A stretch of DNA of 64,000 nt, from positions 1 to 64,000 of the forward strand of contig NIVC01001010.1 of the NCBI GenBank assembly GCA_002269645.1. The letters run 5' to 3'. The notes beneath the pieces are model-generated. The model did not search any database, was not told the DNA's origin, and was given only the letters and a program-made list of their open reading frames with translations. The translations under genes and the position numbers were made by a program. This DNA is from Macrostomum lignano. Taxonomy: Eukaryota. Shown here in pieces: positions 38,480-52,733 of the stretch. Numbering within the stretch: the first letter of the stretch is position 1; the number at the start of each line of letters is the position of its first letter.

Positions 38480-40340
38480 GGCCCTGCATGACCAGCTGAG
38501 AGTCATTCTCACTGAGCCCTGCATGACCAAATGATTCATTCTCACTGAGCCCTGCATGACTAGCTGAGAGTCATTCTCACTGAGCCCTGCATGATCAGAT
38601 GAGTCATTCTCACTGAGCCCTGCATGACCAGCTGAGCCATTCTCACTGAGCCCTGCATGACCAGCTGAGAGTCATTCTCACTGAGCCCTGCATGATCAGA
38701 TGAGTCATTCTCACTGAGCCCTGCATGACCAGCTGAGAGTCATTCTCACTGAGCCCTGCATGATCAGATGAGTCATTCTCACTGAGCCCTGCATGACCAG
38801 CTGAGCCATTCTCACTGAGCCCTGCATGACCAGCTGAGAGTCATTCTCACTGAGCCCTGCATGATCAGATGAGTCATTCTCACTGAGCCCTGCATGACCA
38901 GCTGAGCCATTCTCACTGAGCCCTGCATGACCAGCTGAGAGTCATTCTCACTGAGCCCTGCATGACCAGATGAGTCATTCTCACTGAGCCCTGCATGACC
39001 AGATGAGTCATTCTCACTGAGCCCTGCATGACCAGATGAGTCATTCTCACTGAGCCCTGCATGACCAGCTGAGAGTCATTCTCACTGAGCCCTGCATGTC
39101 CAGATGAGTCATTCTCACTGAGCCCTGCATGACCAGATGAGAGTCATTCTCACTGAGCCCTGCATGACCAGATGAGAGTCATTCTCACTGAGCCCTGCAT
39201 GACCAGCTGAGAGTCATTCTCACTGAGCCCTGCATGACCAGCTGAGTCATTCTCACTGAGCCCTGCATGACCAGCTGAGCCATTCTCACTGAGCCCTGCA
39301 TGACCAGCTGAGAGTCATTCTCACTGAGCCCTGCATGACCAGATGAGTCATTCTCACTGAGCCCTGCATGACCAGATGAGTCATTCTCACTGAGCCCTGC
39401 ATGACCAGATGAGTCATTCTCACTGAGCCCTGCATGACCAGCTGAGAGTCATTCTCACTGAGCCCTGCATGTCCAGATGAGTCATTCTCACTGAGCCCTG
39501 CATGACCAGATGAGAGTCATTCTCACTGAGCCCTGCATGACCAGATGAGAGTCATTCTCACTGAGCCCTGCATGACCAGCTGAGAGTCATTCTCACTGAG
39601 CCCTGCATGACCAGATGAGTCATTCTCACTGAGCCCTGCATGACCAGATGAGTCATTCTCACTGAGCCCTGCATGACCAGCTGAGAGTCATTCTCACTGA
39701 GCCCTGCATGACCAGCTGAGAGTCATTCTCACTGAGCCCTGCATGACCAGCTGAGAGTCATTCTCACTGAGCCCTGCATGACCAGCTGAGAGTCATTCTC
39801 ACTGAGCCCTGCATGACCAGCTGAGAGTCATTCTCACTGAGCCTTGCATGACCAGCTGAGAGTCATTCTCACTGAGCCCTGCATGACCAGATGAGTCATT
39901 CTCACTGAGCCCTGCATGACCAGCTGAGTCATTCTCACTGAGCCCTGCATGACCAGATGAGTCATTCTCACTGAGCCCTGCATGACCAGATGAGTCATTC
40001 TCACTGAGCCCTGCATGTCCAGATGAGTCATTCTCACTGAGCCCCCCTGCATGACCAGATGAGTCATTCTCACTGAGCCTTGCATGACCAGCTGAGAGTC
40101 ATTCTCACTGAGCCTTGCATGACCAGCTGAGAGTCATTCTCACTGAGCCCTGCATGACCAGCTGAGAGTCATTCTCACTGAGCCTTGCATGACCAGCTGA
40201 GAGTCATTCTCACTGAGCCCTGCATGACCAGTTGAGAGTCATTATTACTGAGCCCTGCATGACCAGCTGAGAGTCATTATTACTGAGCCCTGCATGACCA
40301 GCTGAGAGTCATTCTCACTGAGCCCTGCATGACCAGCTCT
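38480..40340. repeat. 35-37 bp minisatellite, about 50 copies
   Basis: CATTCTCACTGAGCCCTGCATGACCAG(A/C)TGAG(A)GT repeated. Confidence 0.98.
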
Positions 40341-41509
40341 GATTGTTGAAACGATAGCTAAAATAAATTGGGCTTGAAAGAGTTTCAGAAGGCCGCATAG
40401 GAGCAGAAATTTTGTGTGGGGGCGAGCCTGACTATTTGGGTGATTCCGTGTATGGAGAGTGCAGATGGGGAGCTAAATGTATGTGCATGTGAGGGGTGGA
40501 CAGACCCGCTGACAAAAATGCACTTGGATATCTGTGATGTCAGCGCGTACTGTCTGTATGAAGGTTATGAAAGTATCGCGGTTTTTCTAGCCGGGAAGTT
40601 CAGAAATCCCATTGCCTCTTTTTCAAGTACCTCTGAATACTATTGAATCGGAAGCGCATTTACACAAAATTGATTACAGCTAGATGACAACACCATCTAC
40701 TCGTATGTTTAGAAGGGAAACTAATTCTGTTGAAGCTTTGACAGAGAGATCTGATTTTATAAAAAATAAATTAACAATCTTATACTTGATTATGGTCCAC
40801 TTCTTTCCTACAGAGGTCTCCGCGCGTTATCCTTGCTATCTCTTTCTTCCCCTTACCCTCCTTACTCCATCCAAGCCGTAGCCGTTTTCCTCATTTCCTG
40901 GCCTGGCAGAAAGTAACTATATTCTATCAATATATACGCTTTGTACTGTGCCGCATCCTTAACTTGATTCCCCTATCCTAGTTGTCCTCACCCGCTCCTT
41001 ATAGCTTTATAATATTATATAGTTTACTAGACTAGTCTGTGCTTATCTACAGATATATATACAATTTATTCCCACAAGGCATAATCCCAATTTAACTAAT
41101 CCCTACCATCTATAAAATTCATTAACTTTCGGCACGCGTCATTTTTTGTTTTGAAATTTTTGTCAGAAAATGGAGGAGAAAACACGAGTTCTAATAGCTG
41201 CTTATAATATGCGAGCTTTTTTAATCTTGCCTGTGCTCAAATTTTATGTAGCTGCGGCCGGTAGAAATGCGTAGAAATAAAAAAATGCTGATGATCTGGA
41301 ATTCTTAAGCTGTCTGTTTCTATTTGAACTGCTCATCTGCCTGGGATGCATGCCAATACTGGTTTTTTATGTCATATCGTGTGGATCATGACGCATGACT
41401 TTATCCTGAATTGGGACGTCACATTCGGCACCCTGATTTTACCAAGCTAAATGCCATTTAATTTAAGTGTTATACTTTCTGCAATTAACATCTCTCACTG
41501 AAGGATGAC

Positions 41510-42860
41510 CGAAGGATTGGTGGGGGCAGAGGCCCTCGCTGAAGGATTAGACAGGAGGATTGGGGGGCAGAGGCCCTCGCTGAAGGATTGAGGGGCAGAG
41601 GCCCTCGCTGAAGGATTAGACAGGAGGATTGGGGGGCAGAGGCCCTCGCTGAAGGATTAGACAGGAGGATTGGGGGACAGAGGCCCTCGCTGAAGGATTA
41701 GACAGGAGGATTGGGGCAGAGGCCCTCGCTGAAGGATTAGACAGGAGGATTGGGGGGCAGAGGCCCTCGCTGAAGGATTAGACAGGAGGATTGGGACAGA
41801 GGCCCTCGCTGAAGGATTGAGGGGCAGAGGCCCTCGCTGAAGGATTAGACAGGAGGATTGGGTGGCAGAGGCCCTCGCTGAAGGATTGAGGGCAGAGGCC
41901 CTCGCTGGAGGATTGGGGGGGGGCAGAGGCCCTCACTGAAGGATTGGGGGCAGAGGCCCTCGCTGGAGGATTGGGGGCAGAGGCCCTCGCTGGAGGATTT
42001 GGGGGCAGAGGCCCTCGCTGGAGGATTGGGGGGGGGGCAGAGGCCCTCACTGAAGGATTGGGGGCAGAGGCCCTCGCTGGAGGATTGGGGGCAGAGGCCC
42101 TCGCTGGAGGATTTGGGGGCAGAGGCCCTCGCTGGAGGATTGGGGCAGAGGCCCTCGCTGAAGGATTGAGGGGCAGAGGCCCTCGCTGGAGGATTGGGGC
42201 AGAGGCCCTCGCTGAAGGATTGAGGGGCAGAGGCCCTCGCTGGAGGATTGGGGGGCAGAGGCCCTCGCTGAAGGATTGGGGCAGAGGCCCTCGCTGAAGG
42301 ATTGAGGGGCAGAGGCCCTCGCTGAAGGATTTGGGGGGGGCAGAGGCCCTCGCTGAAGGATTGGGACAGAGGCCCTCGCTGAAGGATTAGACTGGAGGAT
42401 TGGGGGCAGAGGCCCTCACTGGAGGATTTGGGGGGAGAGGCCCTCGCTGAAGGATTGGGGGGCAGAGGCCCTCGCTGAAGGATTGGGGGCAGAGGCCCTC
42501 GCTGAAGGATTGGGGGCAGAGGCCCTCGCTGAAGGATTGGGGGCAGAGGCCCTCGCTGAAGGATTGGGGGCAGAGGCCCTCGCTGAAGGATTGGGGCAGA
42601 GGCCCTCGCTGAAGGATTGGGGCAGAGGCCCTCGCTGAAGGATTGAGGGGCAGAGGCCCTCGCTGAAGGATTTGGGGGGGGGGGGCAGAGGCCCTCGCTG
42701 AAGGATTGGGACAGAGGCCCTCGCTGAAGGATTGGGACAGAGGCCCTCGCTGAAGGATTAGACTGGAGGATTGGGGGCAGAGGCCCTCACTGGAGGATTT
42801 GGGGGGAGAGGCCCTCGCTGAAGGATTAGACAGAAGGATGGGGGAGAGGCCCCTGCTGAA
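41510..42860. repeat. G-rich 26-40 bp minisatellite
   Basis: GGGGGCAGAGGCCCTCGCTGAAGGATT(AGACAGGAGGATT) repeated. Confidence 0.97.
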
Positions 42861-44579
42861 GGATGGGATCAGTGACGCTTTAATATTCCCAGATGTGTCT
42901 AAGCATGTATCAGCATTATGGCAGTACTATTGCTACACTGTTATTCATGTGCTCTATAATTAAGTAACGGCATAAAAGTGCAGTGACGGATAATAAATAA
43001 TATATTTTGTTTTACTTGATTTGAACTCTCCCCCCCCCCCAACCAGAGGGGAAATTTTACATCTGTCTGGGGATTTTCGCCGTGTGTTGTTGCAGCAAGA
43101 GCAGCGTCCTTGCAAACTAAAAGCTATCCGTCATAAAACGAGCCTTTCCTGCCTGCCTCATGTGCAGTCATGCAGCATTGGGGTGTTCTATTTTCGATTA
43201 CACTCCCCTGTCCTTCTCATCGGAGTCATCGGATCTCAAATGCCTAATTTCTGATCCCAAATTTGTCGTCCAATTTAGTAATACACGCATTTGGGTAGGG
43301 AATAAACTAGACGACGGGACGGTCTCACTTAAAACTACTTTTTTCCACTGCTCAAAAAGTACAAAACGAAGTTCGCAAAAATTAACAATATTTTTCGAGC
43401 CTATTTAGTGTTCATTTGCATAGCTAAGGCGGAGGAAGGCGAAGCGGCTGTCTCAGCCGATTTTTGTTTGTGGCAATTTGCATGATTGTACATTTACATG
43501 TATATGCATTTTTTAGCCCGAAATTAGTTTATGGAACGATGTTCTATTATAACTTTAGCTTTATTTCAACTCAGCCACCGACTGACTGGTTGGCCTTGTT
43601 GTCTCAGCAAGTTGTACTACATGTATTATATATACTTAAAGTAAAGGAGCTTCCAGCCTTCTACTAAATTGAGGTCAGTGACGTAACTCCACTTCAATAA
43701 GTTTATTGGTTAAAAAATTTAAATGTTTTTTCGCTGTAAAAATACTACGTGCATAAATAAATTAGTCTAAATTAATAATTTGATGCATGCCGTATGACTG
43801 TCTGTCTATGCGTATGCTCAATAGTCTGTTGTCTGTCTGCATCTGTACCCACATACACACAGCATACACACGTCTCTTGACGTCTGACTGTTCAATCCTT
43901 CGATAAAACTCCTCCAATACAAAAATTGCATTTGCGGGATGAGACGGAGGCAGGGGGTGCAATGTGCAATGAATAAAGATGTACAATTAGACGCGTGTAC
44001 TTAAAATCTCTGGCGCTTGAAGTCTTGTACACTGGCTGTTTCTAAAAATAGACAGACCAAGCGTCGGTAGATGGGGGTGGCCGCTGGTTGGCTGGCTTGC
44101 CCCTTCCCCCGGGCCCAGACGCCTCTCCTTTCGCTCGTAAAGATAAAACTTAACCCCTCCACTAGTTCTAAGCCCAAACCCATACACAGCCTTAACTTGG
44201 AGGCCAAGCGCAGCGCAGCGGGAAGCAAGCGCAAAACGAAGCTAGATTCTAGAAGGCCAAGCGAGAGGGCAGGAGTAAAATCTGATACTGACGTACGCAC
44301 GCACAACGCTGCACTTTCGACAACACAAGTCAAGAAGAACACTAGCGCACACAGTGCACAAGGTTGCAGCGCGTCGCAAATACACAGCGCAGTTGCATAC
44401 TAAACCAGAGGAGCCAAGTGAGCTGAATCGTCTAACAACGCCAACGCACAGCGCAAGTAAGAGACACCAGCTTTTTTTAAAAATGTATTTACGTTTGTAG
44501 CACTGAAGCTTCATAGTTTATTATTTTCTGCTATCGTGACGTTAAGTATCGTCATTTTCTTTCCACCAGAAGCGTCGAT

Positions 44580-47500
44580 ATGGACCTAACATTTTTTCTA
44601 TCGGTCGTGCTATTCATCGCTATAGCCCTGCTGCTAGGCTTGCTAGTGTATTCTGGCCTACTGGCAGATATTACCGTGGAAGCGCGCAGATCTCCATACG
44701 ACGAACTGCTAGTGTTCTACAAAAGCCACATCGGGCCCTACTCCAATGTTGGCGACCTATTTCGCGAGACGCAACAACTGGCACCCAACAGCCAGCTCAT
44801 TGGCATCTATCTGGACGATCCAAAGTACACTGTGTCCGAAAATTGCCGCTCGGCCATTGGCGCCATTGTGCCTGATCCAGCTGCCGATTCTGACACTGTT
44901 CAGCGCCTGGAGTCGGCCGGCTATGTCCGCATGACTCTGCCTAAAGCTGACAATGTTGTCTATTGCACCTTTCCTATGATTAACAAGGTGTCCATCTATA
45001 TATCGGTTTGGCGAGTGTATCCCGCCATTCGAGACTATCTCCTTGTGAGTTCGTTTTCTTTTAGTTATGGTCAGCATCTATAGTCTAGTTGGCAGGTAGC
45101 AGCGCTGACTGAAGGACTCTGGGGGGGGGGGCAGGTAGCAGCGCTGACTGAAGGACCTTGGGGGGGGGCAGGTAGCAGCGCTGACTGAAGGACTCTGGGG
45201 GGGGGGGCAGGTAGCTGCGCTGACTGAAGGACTCTGGGGGGGGGGCAGGTAGCAGCGCATGACAACAGCAGGTACTGAAAGCGTATTAAAGTACCAATTT
45301 GGTCTGTCTAAATGACCATATTATATATCGGCAAGGCTATCATATTCGCCCGCAATATTTAAACTAGGAAAAAGGTCTCACCGCCCGGCCGTTCATCGAG
45401 ATTCACGAAGCCGGTCGCATTGTATTCCTGGCTCCGCTGTCTCGCTACGAAGAATTCCAGCCGGACATCTCTGCTCCGGCCGCCACCGCCGCTGCTGCAC
45501 CAGCGCCTGTTCCAGTTCAGTCGCCGCGGCAGGAGAACCCGGCAGAGGCCAGCACAGAAGAGCTAATCAGCGAGGCCGTTGCCGAGAACACGGAATCGGC
45601 TGCCCCGCCGTCTGGGTCCAGATTCGAGCCCAAACCTACAGTTGAAACTTCGCAGAGTAGCGTCGGCGGCGAGGTGGAGACGGTGTTCGAAAATCGACAA
45701 GACCTGCTCGAAGCCATGGCCGACCGTCCAGACGAAGAAGCCGCCACTGAGGCTGTCAAGGAACCGCAGCCGCAGCAGCCTCAAGCTCCACTTGACGATG
45801 CCATTGGCGATGAGGCTGGCGAAGGCATAGACTTCAGCGACGGAGAGGACGCCAACGCTGACAAGAACGCCAACGCTGACAGCTCGGAGCCAGCTGGAGA
45901 AGGCGACGAATCGTTGGAGGCGTTTGAGCAGCGACTCGCCCGTCTAGAGGAGGACCTGACGGACAAGCAGAGCCGGGTGCGCAGCGATGTCAGCCAGTTC
46001 AATAACAGCCTGGCTCTGGCCGAGATTGAGGAGCACCTGAGGCGCACCGCACCGGAGCCGGTAAGCCTGGTGGCACCCTGGCCTGGCCCATTTGTAGTGG
46101 GGCCATTGGGAGGCCCGTTGAAATTGTTACCGTGACAAGAATCGCCTAAAGAGTCATTGCAAACAACTCACTAGTGACTCTAGCCACTCTTACAAGACTC
46201 TTGTGACTTTTTAACGACTCAAGCGACTGCAATGTGACGGAGAGGTGACTGTTTAGTCACGAGCGCATCAAGTTTCTTGTAGAATCGGAAAAGAGTCGTC
46301 TAAGTCATTGTGTTAGCGCTCAACTTTCTACTAACTCAAGTAGTCTAAATAGAGTTGTTATAAACGCGAAATGCGATTCTGATTCATAAAATGACACAGA
46401 TGCGCTTTAAACGCAACTCCATGATTCTTTGGCGACTCTGGCACGCCTCAGATACGACTCCACAGCCCCAGAGTCATAAAAGCGCCCCAGAGTCGTTTGA
46501 GACAATGGAACGCCTTAAATGGACTCTTAGACGACTCTTTAACGACTTTTTTGGGACTTGTGCCGTGACATCTTGATCTCGTCGTTTGGTTCGTCGAGAG
46601 TCGGCTTCTTTTGACTGAGCTGAGTGATTGGGAAGAATATGAGAGTCGGAGACTGAAGAGGAGTATTAGAGACTGAGCTGAGTGATGGAGAGTCAGAGAC
46701 TGGAGAGGGTATTAGAGACTGAGCTGAGTGATGGAGAGTCGGAGACTGGAGAGGAGTATTAGACTGAGCTGAGTGATGGAGAGTCGGAGACTGGAGAGGA
46801 GTATTAGAGACTGAGCTGAGTGATGGAGAGTCGGAGACTGGAGAGGAGTATTAGAGACTGAGCTGAGTGATGGAGAGTCGGAGGCTGGAGAGGAGTATTA
46901 GAGACTGAGCTGAGTGATGGAGAGTCGGAGACTGGAGAGGAGTATTAGAGACTGAGCTGAGTGATGGAGAGTCGGAGACTGGAGAGGAGTATTAGAGACT
47001 GAGCTGAGTGATGGAGAGTCGGAGACTGGAGAGGAGTATTAGAGACTGAGCTGAGTGATGGAGAGTCGGAGACTGGAGAGGAGTATTAGACTGAGCTGAG
47101 TGATGGAGAGTCGGAGACTGGAGAGGAGTATTAGAGACTGAGCTGAGTGATGGAGAGTCGGAGACTGGAGAGGAGTATTAGAGACTGAGCTGAGTGATGG
47201 AGAGTCGGAGGCTGGAGAGGAGTATTAAAGACTGAGATGAGTGATGGAGAGTCGGAGACTGGAGAGGGTATTAGAGACTGAGCTGAGTGATGGGGAAGAG
47301 TAGTATTGCCTTGTCAATGATGAATCAGTTTTACAAAACCATAACTGACTATACCTCAGGGAGAGGAGGAGGCAGCGGCAGCGGCGGAGACGGAGCCTCA
47401 GCAAGCTGGCGCTACATTTGACGTTGAGCAGACTGTGGAAGAGTCCGGGCCTGATAAACAGCCGCAGGTTAGTTTAAAGTTTAAAGTCAACACGATCAAT

Positions 47501-49940
47501 GTTTAACTTACTTCCAGATTTGTATGAAATATCACATCGCTCTGAGATGGGAAGAGCTAGTTTCAGGAATCAACTAACTCGCAGATAATACGTCACTTAC
47601 TCTCCTGAATTTTTAGGGATCACTTATTTTATGAGTCACTTCTCGTAAATCGCATGCAGATCCATTTCCTTTCACGAGTCATTAATTCACACCATTGCAA
47701 CCCTATTCTTGTTATCCCCTATAGGAACCGCAGGAGTCTGCAGACAATGCAGCCACCGAGTTTCTCGTGACATTCTCAGATGACCAAGAACAAGCCAGCA
47801 ATAGCAATCAGGTAAGTTAATGGTCCTCAGCTGAATGTGGTGTTTGAAATAAACAGGAACTAGTGACAGGCCGCTAAAGTACAGGAGGAGCTAGTGGCAG
47901 GCCGCTAAAGTACAGGAGGAGCTAGTGGCAGGCCGCTAAAGTACAGGAGAAGCTAGTGGCAGGCCGCTAAAGTACAGGAGAAACCAGTGGCAGGCCGCTA
48001 AAGTACAGGAGAAGCTAGTGGCAGGCCGCTAAAGTACAGGAGAAACCAGTGGCAGGCCGCTAAAGTACAGGAGAAGCTAGTGGCAGGCCGCTAAAGTACA
48101 GGAGAAACCAGTGGCAGGCCGCTAAAGTACAGGAGAAGCCAGTGGCAGGCCGCTAAAGTACAGGAGAAGCAAGTGGCAGGCCGCTAAAGTACAGGAGGAG
48201 CTAGTGGCAGGCCGCTAAAGTACAGGAGAAGCTAGTGGCAGGCCGCTAAAGTACAGGAGAAGCAAGTGACAGGCCGCTAAAGTACAGGATGAGCTAGTAG
48301 TGGCAGGCCGCTAAAGTACAGGAGAAGCTAGTGGCAGGCCGCTAAAGTACAGGAGAAGCAAGTGACAGGCCGCTAAAGTACAGGATGAGCTAGTAGTGGC
48401 AGGCCGCTAAAGTACAGGAGAAGCAAGTGGCAGGCCGCTAAAGTACAGGATGAGCTAGTAGTGGCAGGCCGCTAAAATACAGGAGGAGCTAGTGGCAGGT
48501 CGCTAAAGTACAGGAGAAGCAAGTGGCAGGCCGCTAAAGTACAGGATGAGCTAGTAGTGGCAGGCCGCTAAAGTACAGGAGAAGCAAGTGGCAGGCCGCT
48601 AAAGTACAGGATGGGCTAGTAGTGGCAGGCCGCTAAAGTACAGGAGGAGCTAGTAGTGGCAGGCCGCTAAAGTACAGGAGGAGCTAGTGGCAGGTCGCTA
48701 AAGTACAGGAGGAGCTAGCGGCAGTTAGAACACTGGAAAACCGCTAGATAATTATCACCCGAACTCTCAACCTCCAGACTCAGATGAGCCCAGAAGAAGC
48801 TAGCGGTCGCAGCCTAGGTGGACCGGAACCGGCTCCAGACTCTGTGCCGTTGATTGTACTTGAGCCGGCTGAACCTCTCGCTCAGGTAGGTTTGCTGCCA
48901 ACGCACTTCCTAGATAACCTACTGTCAGTAGCCAGCCTGGAAAATTTAGATTTTTAATTTCAACGGACTTTTGTAGGCAATGACTTGGAGTTTAGCCATG
49001 GAGATTGATGTGTAGAAAATCACAGAATCAGCCTTATCGTGTATAATCGGTATAAAGATGGGGGTTTAGGGCAGGGGTCGGCGACCTCCGGCCCGCGCGG
49101 CTTCTTTATCTGGCTCTCGGGGTCCTTGTAACTTCACAAAAGCAATCCGGCCAGCTCAAGGTTTTGTGTCTCTTTTCAGCTCTCCCCTCATCTCTGTTTT
49201 TCTCCTCTATCTATTCCTTCTAATTCACTTTGTCACCTGATCCGCAGTCATGAGCTCGATTGTTTATATGGCCTTCGGGGTTAAACGGTTTTAAGGAGAT
49301 GAATTCTGGCACTCCAGATCCTCGCTCTAGGACTCCTTGGCTTAGCCCCCCCCCTCCTCCCGGCCGCTCCTCACAGATTGAGATTGAGGCATCTCTTATT
49401 GGATAGTGCAACGTATATACTCAAGATGCAGATAGTATCTGCTTTATTTTCTAGCAGGAGCAGCCGCAGGAGCAGCAGCAGCCGCAGGAGCAATCACAGG
49501 AGCAGCAGCAGCCGCAGGAGCAGTCGCAGGAGCAGCAGCAGCCGCAGGAGCAGCAGCAGCCGCAGGAGCAGTCGCAGGAGCAGCAGCAGCCGCAGGAGCA
49601 GTCGCAGGAGCAGCAGCAGCCGCAGGAGCAGCAGCAGCCGCAGGAGCAGCAAGAGCAGCAGCCGCAAACAGACGACATGCCAGACGAGAAAGCGGCCGCT
49701 CCAACCGAAGACTCAGCCGACCGCCAGGCTGACGTGGACCCAGCCCAGGTGGACCAATTCGTACAGTCGGTTGTACAGCGCGCCCAGCAGATCTGCGAAC
49801 AGCAAGCCGAAGCTGGCGAGGTGGCCAGGCCAACAGGCGGCGATGACCCGGGCACGGAGAGGCGAGAAAAGCGGCTGCCCTCGCCGTTGCATCATCAGAC
49901 TAGCCGGAGCAGTTTGGACGAGACTAAGCCCGAAGCTTAA
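44580..49940 (+). CDS. TEX264: TEX264 homolog (N-terminal TM + GyrI-like domain) with an extended acidic/Gln-rich tail; exons 44580-45044, 45368-46060, 47360-47467, 47725-47811, 48778-48885, 49455-49940, about 648 aa
   Basis: YSGLLADITV, YKSHIGPYSNVGDLF, IGIYLDDP..CRSAIG, TFP..SI...RVYPAI and PFIEI..RIVFLAPL parallel TEX264 as I recall it. All introns are GT..AG, phase 0. Confidence 0.88.
45085..45260. repeat. Intronic approximately 36-bp minisatellite with poly-G
   Basis: GGCAGGTAGCAGCGCTGACTGAAGGACTCTG(G)n, about 5 copies. Confidence 0.9.
46140..46570. repeat. Dispersed GACTC/GAGTC-rich repeat, related to about 32000-32150
   Basis: Shared segments such as CGACTGCAA..GAGAGG(C/T)GACTGT and GACTCTTT(T)AACGACTTTTT in two different introns. 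Confidence 0.55.
46615..47295. repeat. Intronic 47-bp minisatellite
   Basis: GAGACTGAGCTGAGTGATGGAGAGTCGGAGACTGGAGAGGAGTATTA repeated. Confidence 0.97.
47855..48720. repeat. Intronic 31-34 bp minisatellite
   Basis: GTGGCAGGCCGCTAAAGTACAGGAGAAGCTA repeated. Confidence 0.97.
49072..49220. mobile_element. Truncated hAT-like MITE, relative of 13392-13607
   Basis: CAGGGGTCGGCGACCTCCGGCCCGCG terminus. The internal AGCAATCCGG..CTCAAGGTTT(T)GTGTCTCTT segment is shared with about 13415-13450. Confidence 0.55.
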
Positions 49941-50279
49941 TAATTTTGATTAATATTATGTATTACTATTATTATAATTACTATCTTGATTAATGACTTG
50001 GACTCCCAATTGTATTGCCACATTTATTCGGGCCGAATATTCATATCCATATTTACTTACAGTATCGGGAAGTCTTTGTAATTGACTATCACTGTTCCTA
50101 GCTGAGGGGGGGGCTATTTTTTTACAATTAAAGCACGAGTCAGCTGTTGGGCCGGCAAACTGTTAGCTTACTAATTAACTGTCATTCACTGCTGGGCGCT
50201 TTCCTATTTAGTTTCATAATTCTATTTCCTTTGATTTACTATGCAATAATTACACCTAATTAGTGGCCTAGCACACATT

Positions 50280-50635
50280 CGGCAAGTGGCACAGGTATAA
50301 AACATCACCCCCAAAGTGGCACAGGTATGTATAAAGCATCACCCCCAAAGTGGCACAGGTATAAATCACCAACCCCAAAGTGGCACAGGTATAAATCACC
50401 AACCCCAAAGTGGCACAGGTATAAATCACTAACCCCAAAGTGGCACAGGTATAAATCACCAACCCCAAAGTGGCACAGGTATAAAACATCACCCCCAAAG
50501 TGGCACAGGTATGTATAAAGCATCACCCCCAAAGTGGCACAGGTATAAATCACCAACCCCAAAGTGGCACAGGTATAAATCACCAACCCCAAAGTGGCAC
50601 AGGTATAAATCACCAACCCCAAAGTGGCACAGGGG
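50280..50635. repeat. 30-35 bp minisatellite
   Basis: CCCCAAAGTGGCACAGGTATAAATCACCAA repeated. Confidence 0.95.
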
Positions 50636-51452
50636 TTGGTACTAATATAAAGCACCCATTTCGCTGTGCGCAATAAGCATCAGTAGTGTAAAAATGCATA
50701 AAAAAGCATACACAGATCCATGCACATAATCCGCTACCGCTCCTAGCTGTAATCATTTGGTTGTTTGATCCTCTTTTTTTGCTTTCTCCTCTCGCCTATA
50801 CAGCCCAACGCTCGGGGTAGGCCGTTTGACCTGAATGCCTAATCTAGCATCAATTATAAAATAATATGATATTATTTAGAATACTATACTCTATGGGTTC
50901 AAAGCCTTGGGCTGGCCATTCGGGCATATCGCTTATCGTTATGCTATGCGCTTCCTCGATACCTTGTATATGCTATGCTTTCCCCTAGCCACTGTCTTTT
51001 GCATTCTTTGTTCTCGAGCAATCTTCTGTGTAATTTTCCAGCAATTTTACTTGTTAGCTGGGCGCAAATAAACACTGATTGTTCTCTAGCAGGTATTGAA
51101 TCTTTGACCCGCTAATATTCAAATCCTTTTTTCCTGCACGCTGTACTTTATTTGCTTTGGGCGTTCGGAGTTTGGCCTAAGTGCGCCCGATGCACTTTGT
51201 TAGCCATGTTTAAGAGCGCTCACAAGTGCGCAAGCCCTGTCCTTCAATTTGCGCTCGATACACAGGCGCCAATGTCAAGCCCTGTGTTCAATAAAGAATT
51301 AGCATTCGCAGGGGACTGCGGGCACCCTGGCGCAACGCATTTGGCAACATCGTCCCACAACCAGCGCTGGCGGCAATTCTGCAAATTTTGGCGACTTGAG
51401 CACACTGCCAATACTGTACTCAGGCACTCATACACACGCTCACACAGGGTGT

Positions 51453-51669
<217 letters not shown>

Positions 51670-52733
51670 TACTAGTGTATGTGTGGTTACATAGACCGTT
51701 GTTCTGACAATGCGTTAGGTGGACCAATTAGTTATGGTTAGAAAATCGGGGAACTAGCTTAATTTGAGACGCTTGGAAAATACTGTTGCCTTTTTAATTT
51801 CAAAAGGTCTTCAATTCGAGTAAATTAAACTATTCGAACTATGTTGTTAGGTAGACCAGGTTTAAACGGACCTTTAAGAACATGATGGTGTACGTGGACC
51901 AATATAAAAATCTAGAGCAACAAAGATTTTTAACAGTCGATAGTTATTGTTCTGAACTGCTGTTCAAGTTTTCCTGTAAAGCATGAAAGCGATGTTAAAA
52001 TTTTTATTTGTATTATTTGTTTAAAAAATTTAGCGATGTAGGACTGAGTGAGTAATTATTGTAAAGGTACCGCAATTACATTTGGATCATACGAGCTACG
52101 AGCTATAACTATAAATGATTAACACTCATCAAATATGATGACATAAAGGTGGTAAAATGCTAAATTTGACAAAAATTACTAAACTGCAAAGCAAAACTTA
52201 AACAAAAGAGAATAATTGGAAGTTTTTCGATTTTTTAGACGTGCAGTGCAAAAAATACTGCAGTTTTGACATTCAACAAGCCAGCCCAAGCCAAAGTTTT
52301 TAGATGCATTTATAGTTTAAATTCACAGTTTATAGAAACGTGGGAGAAGCGTTACAAATCAATTGTGAAAATAGTGCGGTATACCGCGACAAATGAATAA
52401 TAGGAAAATTTTCGGGGCTAACTGCCTCCATGTCACTTCGGTAGGCTAAAATTTGAATGAATTTATAATGATGAATGAATGTATTCATCAAATTTTGGAG
52501 AGAGATTAAAAAAAAATTCGGATATTTTGGCACAGAAATTTTTATGGCAAGCTACTTTGTGTCTTGCAAATCTAAAGTTGCTTTCGCTATCGAAGTGACA
52601 TAATATTTAATCAATCTCAGCCACTAATTATAAGGTTAGAGAAAATACATGTATCATTGAACAAAACGTGAGTTCAGTGCAGCAAGGAAAGAGCACCATT
52701 ATAGGTTGGAGACTTAAGCATACTCGTAACCAG

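Noticed and set aside
43410-43470. ATTTGCAT octamer as an snRNA promoter
   Set aside because: No recognisable snRNA or Sm site nearby; a single 8-mer is expected by chance.
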